The position numbers and the translations under genes were made by a program. Shown piece after piece: positions 1-10,157 of a DNA stretch of 64,000 nt; within the stretch, counting starts at the first letter, position 1; every line of letters begins with the position of its first letter. The notes beneath the pieces were generated by a model. The model was not told the origin of the DNA. It saw only the letters and a list, made by a program, of their open reading frames with translations, and did no database searches. The DNA is taken from assembly GCA_963820965.1 (NCBI GenBank), contig CAWGCC010000017.1, positions 30,242 through 94,241 on the forward strand. The letters run 5' to 3'. Origin of the DNA: an uncultured beta proteobacterium. Its GTDB lineage: Bacteria > Pseudomonadota > Gammaproteobacteria > Burkholderiales > SG8-39.

Positions 1-647
1 GGTGTGATCATCGTGCTCTGGATCACGAGCAGCGGCACGCCGACGCGCCCGAGAGCGGTTGCCATGTGCCGAGCGTCCCAACCCACCACTCTCGGGAACA
101 GCGCCGCTCCGACCGCCTGCGGCCACCGCCGGGCGCGCTCACGGATTCGGTCGGCCATCGCGCTCGGCGCGAAAAACATCTGCTCGAAGAGGTCCTGGGC
201 GAACGCCGCATAGCCGCCGGACGCGATGGTCCGCCGCAGATCCTCCTCGGCGCGCTCGCCCGCGGCCGCCTGGAAGCTGCCGTCGACGAGCACGACGCCG
301 GCGACGCGATCCGGCGCATCGAGACACGCCTGCAGCACGACCCGCGTACCCATACTGTGGCCGACGAGCACCGCACCGCTCAGGTTGATCGCGCGCAGGA
401 GTGCGGCAACGTCGGCGCCGAACGTCTCGATGTCGCACGACGCGGGCTCTCCGGGCGAGGCGCCGTGGCCGCGCAGATCGCAGGCGATGACCATGTGCCG
501 CGTACCGAACGCCTCGACCTGTGGCCGCCAGTCCTCGGACGCGCACCCGAACCCGTGGACGAAGACGAGCGGCGGCGCGCCGGCGCCGGTGCACTCGTAG
601 TGCAGGCGCGTGCCGTTGACGGTGGCGTGTGGCATTCCGGGCTCCAT
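1..647 (-). CDS. alpha/beta-fold hydrolase (3' end runs off the window)
   Basis: Absent from the ORF track because it is open at the window edge. My minus-strand translation from the ATG at 647-645 gives MEPGMPHATVNGTRLHYECTGAGAPPLVFVHGFG...AVLVGHSMGTRVVLQ...VVLVDGSF, with an HG oxyanion motif and a G-H-S-M-G nucleophile elbow. Confidence 0.75.
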   Translation of the reverse strand, partial: MEPGMPHATVNGTRLHYECTGAGAPPLVFVHGFGCASEDWRPQVEAFGTRHMVIACDLRGHGASPGEPASCDIETFGADVAALLRAINLSGAVLVGHSMGTRVVLQACLDAPDRVAGVVLVDGSFQAAAGERAEEDLRRTIASGGYAAFAQDLFEQMFFAPSAMADRIRERARRWPQAVGAALFPRVVGWDARHMATALGRVGVPLLVIQSTMIT

Positions 648-741
648 CGGCGGTGGTCGAATGCGATTCTAGCCGCCGCCGGACGGCCGGAGATGCCGGG
701 GCGTCCTGGATCGCCGATGCGCATCCGGAAGAGGAGGCAGA

Positions 742-1554
742 CTATTCGCCGATCTGCAGCAGCATCCCGCGCTTTCTCGCGCCGTTGAACGAAGCGAGGA
801 ACACGCCGATCCCGGCGGCGAGGTACAAGAAATTGAGCGCGACGGTCGTCCAGAAGTAGTCCCAGCGGAACACGCCCTGGAGCAGGACCGCGCGCATGCC
901 CTCGAACACGTGGCTCGTCGGCAGACACCACGCGACCGCCTGCAACCACTTCGGCAGCACCTCGACCGGGTAGTAGATCCCGCTGATCGGCGCGGCGATG
1001 AAGATCGCACCCCAGGCGAAGTTCTCGGCTGCGAGCCCGTAGCGCATCACCAGCGCCGAGACCATCAACCCTACCGACCACGCCGTCACCAGCAGATTGG
1101 CGAAGAACGACACGAGGGGCACGCCGAGGTCGAAGATCGACGTCTGGTAGAGGGCGATTGCGAGCGCGATCGCGGTGCCCACGCCGATGATCGTGCGGAT
1201 CAGCGATACCCCGATCATCGCAGCGACCAGCTCGAGCGGCCGCAGCGGGCTCACGAAGAGATGCCCGAGGTTGCGCGAGTACAGCTCCTCGAAGAACGAC
1301 AGCGCGACCCCGAGCTGGCCGCGGAACAGCACTTCCCACAGCAGCAGCGCCGACACGAGGACGCCCGGGACCTGGGCGATCAGCGACGAGTTGGTCGCAA
1401 GGAACTTGGCGATGAAAGCCCAGAGCACCATCTGCATCGTGGGCCAGTACGCCATCTCGACGACCCGCACCCAGGACTTCTTGAAGAGGTACAGATGGCG
1501 CAGGATCATCGCGTAGATCCGGCGCAGGGAGAGCAGGGTCACGGGCGAGCTCAT
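742..1554 (-). CDS. ABC-2 type transporter permease
   Basis: ORF 742..1686. Multi-TM sequence (ILRHLYLFKKSWVRVVEMAYWPTMQMVLWAF...). Start moved to MSSPVTLL (ATG 1554), which forms an ATGA overlap with the upstream ATPase stop at 1551. Confidence 0.85.
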   Translation of the reverse strand: MSSPVTLLSLRRIYAMILRHLYLFKKSWVRVVEMAYWPTMQMVLWAFIAKFLATNSSLIAQVPGVLVSALLLWEVLFRGQLGVALSFFEELYSRNLGHLFVSPLRPLELVAAMIGVSLIRTIIGVGTAIALAIALYQTSIFDLGVPLVSFFANLLVTAWSVGLMVSALVMRYGLAAENFAWGAIFIAAPISGIYYPVEVLPKWLQAVAWCLPTSHVFEGMRAVLLQGVFRWDYFWTTVALNFLYLAAGIGVFLASFNGARKRGMLLQIGE

Positions 1555-2282
1555 GCCGCTTCGGGACTGCGCGCCACGTCGAGAAACACTTCCTCCATGT
1601 TTCGGCGGCCGTAGCGCGCGATGAGCTCGCGCGGCGAGCCGGCGTCGACGATCCGGCCGGCACGCATCATCAGCACCGCGTCGCACATCCGCTCGACCTC
1701 GACCATGTTGTGGGAGGCGAGGAGCAGCGTTGCACCGGCGCGGCGCTGGTAATCCAGCAACTGGCTCCGCACCCGGTCGGCGATGTCTGGATCGAGCGAT
1801 GCGGTCGGCTCGTCGAGCAGCAGCAGATCCGGCTCGTTCAGCAGCGCCTTGGCGATCGATACCCGGGTGCGCTGTCCCGCCGATAGCGTACCGTAGGCGC
1901 GCTTCACGAACTCGCCGAGGTCGAGCGACGCCACGAGCTCCGCGATCCGCCGGCGCGGCCGCGCAACGCCGTAGAGCCGCGCGAACACGGTGAGGTTCTC
2001 CTCGACGGTGAGCTTGCGCGGCAGATCGACGTACGGCGAGGTGAAGTTCATGCGCGGCAGGACCCGATACCGGTGTCGGGCCATGTCCTCGCCGAGCACG
2101 ACGATGCTGCCGGCGGTCGGCAGCAGCACGCCTAGCAGCATCGAGATCGTGGTGGTCTTGCCGGCGCCGTTGCCGCCGAGGAGCGCGGTGGTGCTGCCGC
2201 GCGCAACGGTGAACGAGATGTCGCTGACCGCTTCGACGGCGCCGAAGCGCTTGGTGAGGCTGCCCGCCTCGACGGCGGTCAT
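1551..2282 (-). CDS. ABC transporter ATP-binding protein (ABC-2 exporter partner)
   Basis: Walker A GGNGAGKTT, signature LSAGQRTRV and Walker B LLLLDEPT. Translationally coupled to the permease. Confidence 0.9.
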   Translation of the reverse strand: MTAVEAGSLTKRFGAVEAVSDISFTVARGSTTALLGGNGAGKTTTISMLLGVLLPTAGSIVVLGEDMARHRYRVLPRMNFTSPYVDLPRKLTVEENLTVFARLYGVARPRRRIAELVASLDLGEFVKRAYGTLSAGQRTRVSIAKALLNEPDLLLLDEPTASLDPDIADRVRSQLLDYQRRAGATLLLASHNMVEVERMCDAVLMMRAGRIVDAGSPRELIARYGRRNMEEVFLDVARSPEAA

Positions 2283-2301
2283 CCGCGAACGCGCGAGAAG
2301 C

Positions 2302-2862
2302 TCAGCGGCTGGCGTCCGGCTTCCACTTGATCGAGCACCCGAGCGCCGCCGTCTGGTCGGCGGGGCCGTTGCCGGTCTGCGCGACCCCGACCATCGCCTC
2401 GAAGAGCTCGCGGCGCGCGTTCGCGACGGGTGCGATCTTCGAGGCGTCGAGCCGCCCGTGGTACTGCAGCTCGAGATCGCCGTTGTAGCCGAAGAACTCC
2501 GGCGTGCACACCGCGCCGTACGCGCGCGCCACTTCCTGGCTCTCGTCGAGCACGTAGGGAAACGGGAACCCGAGCTCGCGCGCCACCCGCTGCATGTTCT
2601 CGAAGGAGTCCTCAGGATAGTCGGCGGGATCGTTCGCCATGATGGCGATCGAACCGATGCCGTGCACGGCGAGCTCCCTGCAGTCGCGCACGATCCGCTC
2701 GCGGATCGCCTTGACGTACGGGCAGTGGTTGCAGATGAACATCACGACCAGACCCTTGGGCCCGCGGGCGGAGGCGAGCGTATGGCGCTTGCCATCGGTG
2801 CCCGGCAGGTCGAAATCGACGGCTCTGCGGCCGAAATCGCACACCTGGGTTTGCGTCGCCAT
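2302..2862 (-). CDS. thioredoxin-fold (redoxin/AhpC-TSA family) protein
   Basis: 186 aa. DFDLPGTDGKRHTL...GLVVMFICNHCPYVKA contains a CxxC redox motif in a thioredoxin-like context. Confidence 0.75.
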   Translation of the reverse strand: MATQTQVCDFGRRAVDFDLPGTDGKRHTLASARGPKGLVVMFICNHCPYVKAIRERIVRDCRELAVHGIGSIAIMANDPADYPEDSFENMQRVARELGFPFPYVLDESQEVARAYGAVCTPEFFGYNGDLELQYHGRLDASKIAPVANARRELFEAMVGVAQTGNGPADQTAALGCSIKWKPDASR

Positions 2863-2900
2863 GGGAGAATTTCCTGCGAGAGAAGCGACGCGATCTTAGC

Positions 2901-3641
2901 ATGCAGCGAACACACGCCCGCGCGCCCCGGTTCCATTGTGAAGCCGTGCTCTCGCCCGGTGCGAGCCTCGAGCTGCCGGAGCGCGCTGCACGCCACGTCG
3001 CCGCGCTGCGGTTGCAAACGGGCGACGAGGTCGTCCTCTTCAACGGCGACGGCGCGGAGTCGATCGCGACGCTCGTCGCCCTAGGCAAGCGCGGCGTCGT
3101 CGCCGCCGTCCGCGAACGGCGAACGTCCGAGCGCGAATCCCCGTTCGAGATCCATCTCGCGCAGGGGATCTGCGCCGGCGACCGCATGGACCTCGTCCTG
3201 CAGAAGGCGACCGAGCTCGGCGTGGCGTCGATGCAGCCGGTGATCACCGCGCGGTCCATCGTGCGCCTCGCTCCCGAGCGCAGGGAGCGCCGCGAGACCC
3301 ACTGGCAGAACGTGGTGATCGCCGCCTGCGAGCAGTGCGGCCGCAACCGCATCCCGCGGTTAGCGCAGAGCCTTGGCTTCCCGGAGTTTGTGGCGCTGCC
3401 GGCGCGCGGCGGTACCCGGATCCTGCTCGCTCCCGACGGCGAGGCAACGCTGCGCACGCTCGCACCGCGCGCGCCGGTGACGATCCTGATCGGGCCGGAA
3501 GGCGGGCTTGCGCCCGAAGAGCGCGAGCTGGCGGCATCGCGCGGGTTCACGCCGGTGCGGTTCGGTCCGCGGATTCTGCGGACCGAAACGGCACCCCTGG
3601 CCGCGCTCGCCGCGCTGCAGGCGCTGTACGGCGACTGCTGA
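2901..3641 (+). CDS. rsmE: 16S rRNA (uracil1498-N3)-methyltransferase
   Basis: N-terminal PRFH..., and C-terminal ILIGPEGGLAPEERE...RILRTETAPLAALAALQ, which is typical of RsmE (SPOUT family). Confidence 0.85.
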   Translation: MQRTHARAPRFHCEAVLSPGASLELPERAARHVAALRLQTGDEVVLFNGDGAESIATLVALGKRGVVAAVRERRTSERESPFEIHLAQGICAGDRMDLVLQKATELGVASMQPVITARSIVRLAPERRERRETHWQNVVIAACEQCGRNRIPRLAQSLGFPEFVALPARGGTRILLAPDGEATLRTLAPRAPVTILIGPEGGLAPEERELAASRGFTPVRFGPRILRTETAPLAALAALQALYGDC

Positions 3642-3655
3642 GGCGGGTGCGGCGC

Positions 3656-4258
3656 TTACCTGGGCGCGACGGCGGACAGCAGCGTGATGATCTCGGGGTC
3701 GCCGCCGCGTCGGGCGAGTTCGAGCGCCGACATGCCCCAAGGATCCTTCGCGTTGGGATCCACGCCGCGGCCAGCGAGAAAGAGGCGCACCGCGATCGCA
3801 TCCCGGCGCTTAACTGCATCGAGGAACTGGGTGCGGTCGTGATACACGAGGCCCATCGCGGCGAGGTCCTTCCGCGCCCGGATCGCGCTGACGTCGGTCG
3901 TCGCCTGCGCTTCGGCCGTCATCTGCTTGTGGTTCATCGCCATCATCGAGCGGCCGATCGCGAGCATCTTCTCGCGCTCGGGCGCCGGCACGCCGGCGAA
4001 GATATCGAGCATCAGCGCGTTGGCCTCGGGGTTGCGCCCGCTGGCGATGTCGTCGAAGGCCTTCTGCGCGGCGTTGGGGTCGCAGCCCTGCGACGCGGCA
4101 CCGCCCGGCGGGCAGGCCGCCTGCATGAAGACTTGCATGAGCGAGAGAAACCGGCCGAACGTGGCCCAGTCGGTCGCAGGCGACGGGGCGCTTTGTGCGT
4201 TCGCGGCGCCGATTCCGAGCGCGGCGACGGCGGCGGCGAGCACTTGCTTCCAGGACAT
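3656..4258 (-). CDS. secreted ankyrin-repeat protein
   Basis: Signal peptide MSWKQVLAAAVAALGIGAANAQS and an ankyrin-like C-terminus (GVDPNAKDPWGMSALELARRGGDPEIITLL). Start set to ATG 4258, preceded by AAGAGG. Confidence 0.7.
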   Translation of the reverse strand: MSWKQVLAAAVAALGIGAANAQSAPSPATDWATFGRFLSLMQVFMQAACPPGGAASQGCDPNAAQKAFDDIASGRNPEANALMLDIFAGVPAPEREKMLAIGRSMMAMNHKQMTAEAQATTDVSAIRARKDLAAMGLVYHDRTQFLDAVKRRDAIAVRLFLAGRGVDPNAKDPWGMSALELARRGGDPEIITLLSAVAPR

Positions 4259-4362
4259 GGCAACCTCTTTCGTCAAGACTCTGCTAACGCGGGAGTCTAC
4301 GCCGGCGTTGACCCCAGCGCCGATCGAATAGAATCCGCGCCTCCGAGCCCGACCGCGACCCG

Positions 4363-5691
4363 ATGCCCGCGAAGCCCGACGCCAATTTCGTCACCTGGTT
4401 CCGCTCGGTCGCGCCCTATTTCCACGCGTTCCGCGGCCGCACCTTCGTGATCGCTTTCGGCGGCGAGCTGGTCGCCGAGGGTCGGTTCGTGTCGCTCGCG
4501 CACGACCTCAACCTGCTGCACAGCGCCGGCATCCGGCTCGTGCTCGTCCACGGCTCGCGCCCGCAGATCGAGGCGCAGCTGAAGACGCGGAAGCACCGCT
4601 CGACCTATCACAAGGGACTGCGCGTGACCGACCCGGTCGGGCTCGAGTGCGTGAAGGAAGCAGTCGGGCTGCTGCGCGTCGAGATCGACGCGCTGCTCTC
4701 GCTCGGGCTGCCGTCGACGCCGATGGCGGGCGCCGCGATCAACACGGTGTCCGGCAACTTCATCGGCGCGCGGCCGATCGGCGTGGATGACGGCGTGGAC
4801 TACCAGCACACCGGCGCGGTGCGCAAGGTCGACGCGCAGGCGATCGGCGGTTGCCTCGACGCCGGCAACATCGTCGTGGTGTCGCCGATCGGCTACTCGC
4901 CCACCGGCGAGGTCTTCAACCTCGCGATGGAGGACGTCGCGGTCGCGACCGCCTGCGCCCTGCGCGCAACGAAGCTCGTGTTCCTGTCCGACGCGGCGGT
5001 CCTGGAGCGCGACGGCGCGCTGCGCCCCGAGCTGACCGCGCGGGACGCGGAGGAGCTGCTCGCCGACGGCCGCCATCTCTCGCGCGAGACGCGCACCGCG
5101 CTCGCGCGCACGGTGACGGCAGTGCGCGGCGGCGTCGCGCGCGCGCACGTGATCCCGCGCGACGTGGACGGGGCGCTGCTGATCGAACTCTTCACCCACG
5201 CGGGCTCGGGCAGCATGATCACCGCCGACAAGCTCGAGCGGCTGCGCGAGGCGACGATCGATGACGTCGGCGGCATCCTGCGGCTGATCGAGCCGCTGGA
5301 GGCCGACGGGACGCTGGTGCGGCGCGGGCGCGAGCTGCTCGAACAGGAGATCGGCCGGTTCACGGTGCTCGAGCACGACCGGTTGATACTCGGCTGCGCG
5401 GCGCTCTACCCGTTCCCGAAGGCGCTTGCGGGCGAGCTCGCGTGCCTCGCCGTCCATCCCGACTACCGCGGCAACGGTCACGGCGAGAAGCTCATGGACG
5501 CGATCGCGGCGCGCGGCCGCGCCGCGGGGATGAAGCGACTCTTCGTGCTTACCACGCGCGCGACGCACTGGTTCGTCGAGCGCGGGTTCAGCGAGGCGGG
5601 TGTCGAGGCGCTGCCCGCGGGGAAGAAGGCGCTATACAACTTCCAGCGGCGGTCGAAGGTGCTCGTCAAGCCGCTTAAACAGGAGGCCTGA
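4363..5691 (+). CDS. argA: amino-acid N-acetyltransferase (N-acetylglutamate synthase)
   Basis: 442 aa. An amino-acid-kinase-like N-terminal half (FRGRTFVIAFGGE...LVLVHGSRPQI) plus a GNAT C-terminal half (ACLAVHPDYRGNGHGEKL). Confidence 0.9.
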   Translation: MPAKPDANFVTWFRSVAPYFHAFRGRTFVIAFGGELVAEGRFVSLAHDLNLLHSAGIRLVLVHGSRPQIEAQLKTRKHRSTYHKGLRVTDPVGLECVKEAVGLLRVEIDALLSLGLPSTPMAGAAINTVSGNFIGARPIGVDDGVDYQHTGAVRKVDAQAIGGCLDAGNIVVVSPIGYSPTGEVFNLAMEDVAVATACALRATKLVFLSDAAVLERDGALRPELTARDAEELLADGRHLSRETRTALARTVTAVRGGVARAHVIPRDVDGALLIELFTHAGSGSMITADKLERLREATIDDVGGILRLIEPLEADGTLVRRGRELLEQEIGRFTVLEHDRLILGCAALYPFPKALAGELACLAVHPDYRGNGHGEKLMDAIAARGRAAGMKRLFVLTTRATHWFVERGFSEAGVEALPAGKKALYNFQRRSKVLVKPLKQEA

Positions 5692-5964
5692 ATGGCGAGG
5701 ATGGTGAACTGCGTGAAGCTCGGCCGGGCGGCCGAGGGCCTGGATTTCCCACCACTTCCGGGCGAGCTGGGAAAGCGGATCTACGAGAACGTATCGAAGG
5801 AGGCCTGGCATGCGTGGCAGGCGCAGCAGACCCGGCTCATCAACGAGAACCGGCTGCAGCTTGCCGATCCGCGCGCCCGGAAATACCTGCTCGAGCAGAC
5901 AGAGAGGTTTCTCTTTGGCGGCGACGCCGATGAGGCGTCGGGCTACGTGCCGGTGAAGAAGTAA
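5692..5964 (+). CDS. yggX: oxidative damage protection / Fe(2+)-trafficking protein
   Basis: 90 aa. [43 protein letters not shown]...INENRL matches the YggX family. Confidence 0.85.
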   Translation: MARMVNCVKLGRAAEGLDFPPLPGELGKRIYENVSKEAWHAWQAQQTRLINENRLQLADPRARKYLLEQTERFLFGGDADEASGYVPVKK

Positions 5965-6140
5965 CGACCCCTACATTCGCGCCGCGAGCGGGGCCCGGGG
6001 CGGGGCGCCCGAATCGGCAGCTAGCGAAAGAGCCGCTACGCGCGCGGCACCCTGCCGGCCTGATCAGGGCGCCAAATGGGGAACTTGCGCAAGAGCCGCT
6101 AAGCAGGCCGGGCGAGGGTGCGCAGCGTCCGGCCGGTCCA

Positions 6141-6839
6141 TCATTCATTCGCGGCGCGCGCGATATCGTCGCCGCGCAGGTGCCGGACGTCACGACCTTC
6201 GACCATGTACACCACGTACTCGGCCATGTTCTTCGAGTGATCGCCGATCCGCTCGAGCGCCTTGGCGACGAACAGGATTTCCAGGCACCGGCTGATCGTG
6301 CGCGGGTCTTCCATCATGAACGTGATGAGCTGGCGCAGGATCGAGCGGAACTCCGTGTCGACCAGTTCGTCCTGGCGGACGACTTCCTGGGCCGCCTTCA
6401 CGTCGAGCCGTGCGAATGCGTCGAGCGCCTTGCGCAGCATGGCGAGCGCGAGCCCGGACACGTGCCGTACCTCGATCCGCGGCATGTGCATCCGGTCGGC
6501 CTCGTGAATCAGCTTCGCCATCCGGGCGATCTTCTCCGCCTCGTCGCCGATGCGCTCGAGGTCCGTGATGGTCTTGATGACCGCGATGATCAGCCGGAGA
6601 TCGCTCGCCGCCGGCTGCCGGCGCGCGATGACGTGGCTACAGGCCTCGTCGAGCTCGACCTCCATGGCGTTCACCCGGTGGTCGTTCGCTTTCACGAGCT
6701 CGATCTCCTCCATGTTGCCGGTCGAGAGCGAGTCGATCGCGCGCCGGATCTGTTCCTCGACGAGCCCGCCCATCTGGAGGACGCGGGTGCGCACGGCCTC
6801 CAGCTCGGCGTCGAACTGCTTCGAAGTGTGCTCGGACAT
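6141..6839 (-). CDS. phoU: phosphate signaling complex protein PhoU
   Basis: Start moved to MSEHTSKQFDAELE (ATG 6839). Duplicated PhoU repeats are present (ERIGDEAEKIA / ERIGDHSKNMA). Confidence 0.9.
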   Translation of the reverse strand: MSEHTSKQFDAELEAVRTRVLQMGGLVEEQIRRAIDSLSTGNMEEIELVKANDHRVNAMEVELDEACSHVIARRQPAASDLRLIIAVIKTITDLERIGDEAEKIARMAKLIHEADRMHMPRIEVRHVSGLALAMLRKALDAFARLDVKAAQEVVRQDELVDTEFRSILRQLITFMMEDPRTISRCLEILFVAKALERIGDHSKNMAEYVVYMVEGRDVRHLRGDDIARAANE

Positions 6840-6912
6840 GTTCACGGGCCCAGGGACGCTATCCAGAAACTGACAGGCTAGGGTATCACTGTGACAGCCC
6901 TGTGACAGGGGG

Positions 6913-7587
6913 TCAGGCACCCGCCGCCGGGCGCCGCAGGGTTCGAACGCCTCGCGGCGTCGCCAGCAGCAGCACATCCGCACCGCGCCGCGCGAACAGG
7001 CCGTTCGACACGGTGCCGACGATGTTGTTGAGCGTTGTCTCGAGCGCCGCCGGGTCGGGGATCGCGAGGCCCGCGACGTCGAGGACGACGTTGCCGTTGT
7101 CGGTCGTGAAGCCGTCACGCAGGTGCGGCTGCCCGCCGAGCCGGGCAAGCTCGCGCGAGACATGACCCCGCGCCATCGGGATCACCTCGACCGGCAGCGG
7201 GAAGCGCCCGAGCGCGGCGACGAGCTTCGATTCGTCCGCGATGCAGACGAACGTGCGCGCAACGGCAGCGACGATCTTCTCCCGCGTCAGCGCGCCGCCG
7301 CCGCCTTTGATCATCGCCAGGCGCTCGGTGATCTCGTCGGCGCCGTCGACGTAGACCGGCAGTTCGTCGATCTCGTTCAGGTCGAAGACGCGCACGCCGT
7401 GGGAGCGCAGCCGCGCGGCCGACCGCTCGGAACTCGCGACTGCGCCGCGAACGCGCCCCTTGACCCGTGACAGCTCGTCGATGAAGCAGTCGGCAGTCGA
7501 TCCGGACCCCACGCCGATGATTGCGTCCTCCACGAGGTAGGCAATCGCCGCGCGTCCCGCCGCCGCTTTCAGCTCGTCCTGCGTCAT
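6913..7587 (-). CDS. rpiA: ribose-5-phosphate isomerase A
   Basis: 224 aa. Contains [26 protein letters not shown] and [15 protein letters not shown]. Confidence 0.9.
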   Translation of the reverse strand: MTQDELKAAAGRAAIAYLVEDAIIGVGSGSTADCFIDELSRVKGRVRGAVASSERSAARLRSHGVRVFDLNEIDELPVYVDGADEITERLAMIKGGGGALTREKIVAAVARTFVCIADESKLVAALGRFPLPVEVIPMARGHVSRELARLGGQPHLRDGFTTDNGNVVLDVAGLAIPDPAALETTLNNIVGTVSNGLFARRGADVLLLATPRGVRTLRRPAAGA

Positions 7588-7674
7588 CGCCTGTGTCGTC
7601 TTCGCAACGGTCCGATTCTACGCGGGACGCCTGCGTCAAACTGCCTTGCGCCGCCGCACGCGGAGGAGCGTAAA

Positions 7675-8391
7675 ATGACAGCATTCTTTGGGATCGAGCT
7701 TCCGATGTCGCGCGCTAAAGCCCTTCTCACCGCCGCGTTCTGCGCCGGGATCGGCTTGCCGGCAGCGGCGCAGATCGGGGGCATCCCCCCCGCGACTACC
7801 CCGCTAGGGCTGCGCGCCGGAGATGCGGGCTGGACCAGCAGCCTTTTCGTCGGCGGGCAGGGCTTCAATGCCGACCGGGCGCGAATGCCCGACCCGGGTT
7901 TCCGGGTGTCCCCGCAACTGCCCACCGAGTCGGCACGGCCGCTTCACCTCGGGCCGCCGGTCGATCCGCTGGGCGCCGCGCAGGCCGGGGCCTATCTCGG
8001 CTACCGGCGCGACAGGTGGACGCTATCGTCGAGCGTCCGACAGGGCTTGGGCGCTGCCGCGGGCGGCACCCGGCTGGATCTCGGAGCGAGCTATGGATTC
8101 AACGTCACCTCGCGTCACCTGATCACGCTCTCCGGCGGACTCACCGTCGGCGCTTCGACTCCGCTCGCGCCCTACTATGGGGCATACGGAACCGATGCCT
8201 TCTGGCGCTCCGGTTATCGCGCCGGCGAGCCGGGTGCCGGCCTGCGGCTCTCCTGGCTCTACAGCTTCGATCGCAACCTCTACTTCAACACCACGGTGGG
8301 CTACGACCGCGCGTACGGGGACGCCGAGAACCTGCAGGGCCTCGGCCGCGACACGACCACGGTCGGGACGACCTTCGGCTACCGCTGGTAG
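7675..8391 (+). CDS. outer-membrane beta-barrel protein, MipA/OmpV-like
   Basis: A signal-like N-terminus (AKALLTAAFCAGIGLPAAAQ), alternating beta-strand pattern and a C-terminal ...GTTFGYRW aromatic terminus. The family assignment is tentative. Confidence 0.5.
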   Translation: MTAFFGIELPMSRAKALLTAAFCAGIGLPAAAQIGGIPPATTPLGLRAGDAGWTSSLFVGGQGFNADRARMPDPGFRVSPQLPTESARPLHLGPPVDPLGAAQAGAYLGYRRDRWTLSSSVRQGLGAAAGGTRLDLGASYGFNVTSRHLITLSGGLTVGASTPLAPYYGAYGTDAFWRSGYRAGEPGAGLRLSWLYSFDRNLYFNTTVGYDRAYGDAENLQGLGRDTTTVGTTFGYRW

Positions 8392-8395
8392 CCCG

Positions 8396-10147
8396 CTATT
8401 TCTTCTTCGGGATGTACAGGTCGGTGATCGACCCGACCGCCGTTTCGGCGGCGAAGTACGACGTCTCGGATAGCGTCGGGTGCGGATGGATCGTGAGGGC
8501 GATGTCCTCCACGTCCGCCCCCATCTCGAGCGCGAGCACGGTTTCCGCGAGCAGTTCCCCGGCATTGGTGCCGACGATTCCGGCGCCGAGGATCCGCTTC
8601 GTCTCGGGGTCGTAGAGGAGCTTGGTCAGGCCGTCCTCGCGCCCGATCGACAGCGCGCGGCCGCTAGCCGCCCACGGAAAGCTCGCCTTCTCGTAGGCGA
8701 TGCCCTTCTCCTTGGCGTCGGTTTCGGTGAGGCCCATCCACGCCACCTCCGGGTCGGTGTAGGCGACCGACGGGACGGTCATGGCGTCGAACGCGACCTT
8801 GTGACCGGCGATCACCTCGGCCGCGACCTTCGCCTCGTGGCTTGCCTTGTGCGCGAGCATGGGGTCGCCGCAGATGTCGCCGATCGCGAAGATGTGCGGG
8901 ACGTTCGTGCGCTGCTGCTTGTCGCCCGGAATGTAGCCGCGCTCGTTCACCGCGACGCCCGCTTTCTCCGCGGCGATCTCGCGCCCGTTGGGACGGCGGC
9001 CCACCGCGAGGAGCACGCGGTCATAGCGCTGCGGCGCCGGCGCATTCGCGCCTTCGAAGGTCGTGAGCAGGCCGTCGGGCTTCGCTTCCAGCTTCGCGAC
9101 CTTGGTCTTGAGGTAGATCGCCTCGTAGCGCTTCCTGATCCGGTTCTCGAGTGGCCTGATGAGGTCGCGGTCGGCGCCGGGGATCAGGCCGTCGAGCAGT
9201 TCCACGACGGACACCTTTGCGCCAAGCGCGTCGTAGACGCACGCCATCTCGAGACCGATGATCCCGCCGCCGATCACCAGCATCCGCTCGGGGATGCCGC
9301 GGAGCTCGAGCGCCCCGGTGGAGTCGACGAGCCGGGGATCGTCGTACGGGAACCCCGGGATGCGCGCGACCGACGAGCCAGCGGCGATGATGCAGTACTC
9401 GAACGCGATGCGCTTCTCGCCATCGGGTGTGCGTACGAGCATCGTCTTCGGCGACTCGAACTTGCCCACGCCCTGGACGACGGTCACCTTGCGTTGCCTG
9501 GCGAGGCCCACCAGCCCCTTGGTGAGCCGGCCGACGACCGATTCCTTCCAGCCGCGCAGCTTGTCGACGTCGAACTTCGGCGGGCCGAACTCGACGCCGA
9601 AGTGGCTCATCTCCTTGGCGTCGGTGACCACCTTGGCCGCGTGCAGCAACGCCTTGGAAGGGATGCAGCCGACATTCAGGCAGACACCGCCGAGCGACGG
9701 GTAGCGCTCGACGAGCACGGTGCTCTTGCCGAGGTCGGCCGAGCGGAACGCGGCGGTGTAGCCGCCAGGTCCGGAGCCGAGCACCACCACTTCACAAGTG
9801 ATGTCGGCGCCACCCGCTGCGATTCCGGCGGCGCCGGCCGGCGCGACGACCGGTGTTGCGGGCGGCGCGCGCGGCGCTGGCGCTTTCGCCGCGGGTGACG
9901 CGGCCGCGTTTGCCACCGCCGCATCGAGCATCAGGATCGGCGAGCCTTCCGACACCCTGTCGCCGACCTTGACGAAGAGGCTCTTCACCGTACCGGCGAG
10001 CGGCGACGGGATCTCCATCGTTGCCTTGTCGCTCTCGAGCGTGACCAGCGACTGCTCGGGCTCGACCGCGTCACCGGGCTTCACCAGGATCTCGATGACG
10101 TCGACGCTCTTGAAATCGCCGATATCGGGGACCTTGACCTCGATCAT
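8396..10147 (-). CDS. lpdA: dihydrolipoyl dehydrogenase (E3) with N-terminal lipoyl domain
   Basis: Start moved to MIEVKVPDIGDF (ATG 10147). Lipoyl motif LESDKATMEIPS, FAD motif VVVLGSGPGGY, redox-active CLNVGCIPSK. Confidence 0.9.
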   Translation of the reverse strand: MIEVKVPDIGDFKSVDVIEILVKPGDAVEPEQSLVTLESDKATMEIPSPLAGTVKSLFVKVGDRVSEGSPILMLDAAVANAAASPAAKAPAPRAPPATPVVAPAGAAGIAAGGADITCEVVVLGSGPGGYTAAFRSADLGKSTVLVERYPSLGGVCLNVGCIPSKALLHAAKVVTDAKEMSHFGVEFGPPKFDVDKLRGWKESVVGRLTKGLVGLARQRKVTVVQGVGKFESPKTMLVRTPDGEKRIAFEYCIIAAGSSVARIPGFPYDDPRLVDSTGALELRGIPERMLVIGGGIIGLEMACVYDALGAKVSVVELLDGLIPGADRDLIRPLENRIRKRYEAIYLKTKVAKLEAKPDGLLTTFEGANAPAPQRYDRVLLAVGRRPNGREIAAEKAGVAVNERGYIPGDKQQRTNVPHIFAIGDICGDPMLAHKASHEAKVAAEVIAGHKVAFDAMTVPSVAYTDPEVAWMGLTETDAKEKGIAYEKASFPWAASGRALSIGREDGLTKLLYDPETKRILGAGIVGTNAGELLAETVLALEMGADVEDIALTIHPHPTLSETSYFAAETAVGSITDLYIPKKK

Positions 10148-10157
10148 GCGACGCTCC

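Noticed and set aside
5990-6125. Two direct copies of GC(G/A)AAGAGCCGCTA in the yggX-phoU convergent spacer.
   Set aside because: Only about 14 bp are shared. I could not define any flanking structure or hairpin/T-tract. The match is too short to distinguish from chance without a genome-wide count.
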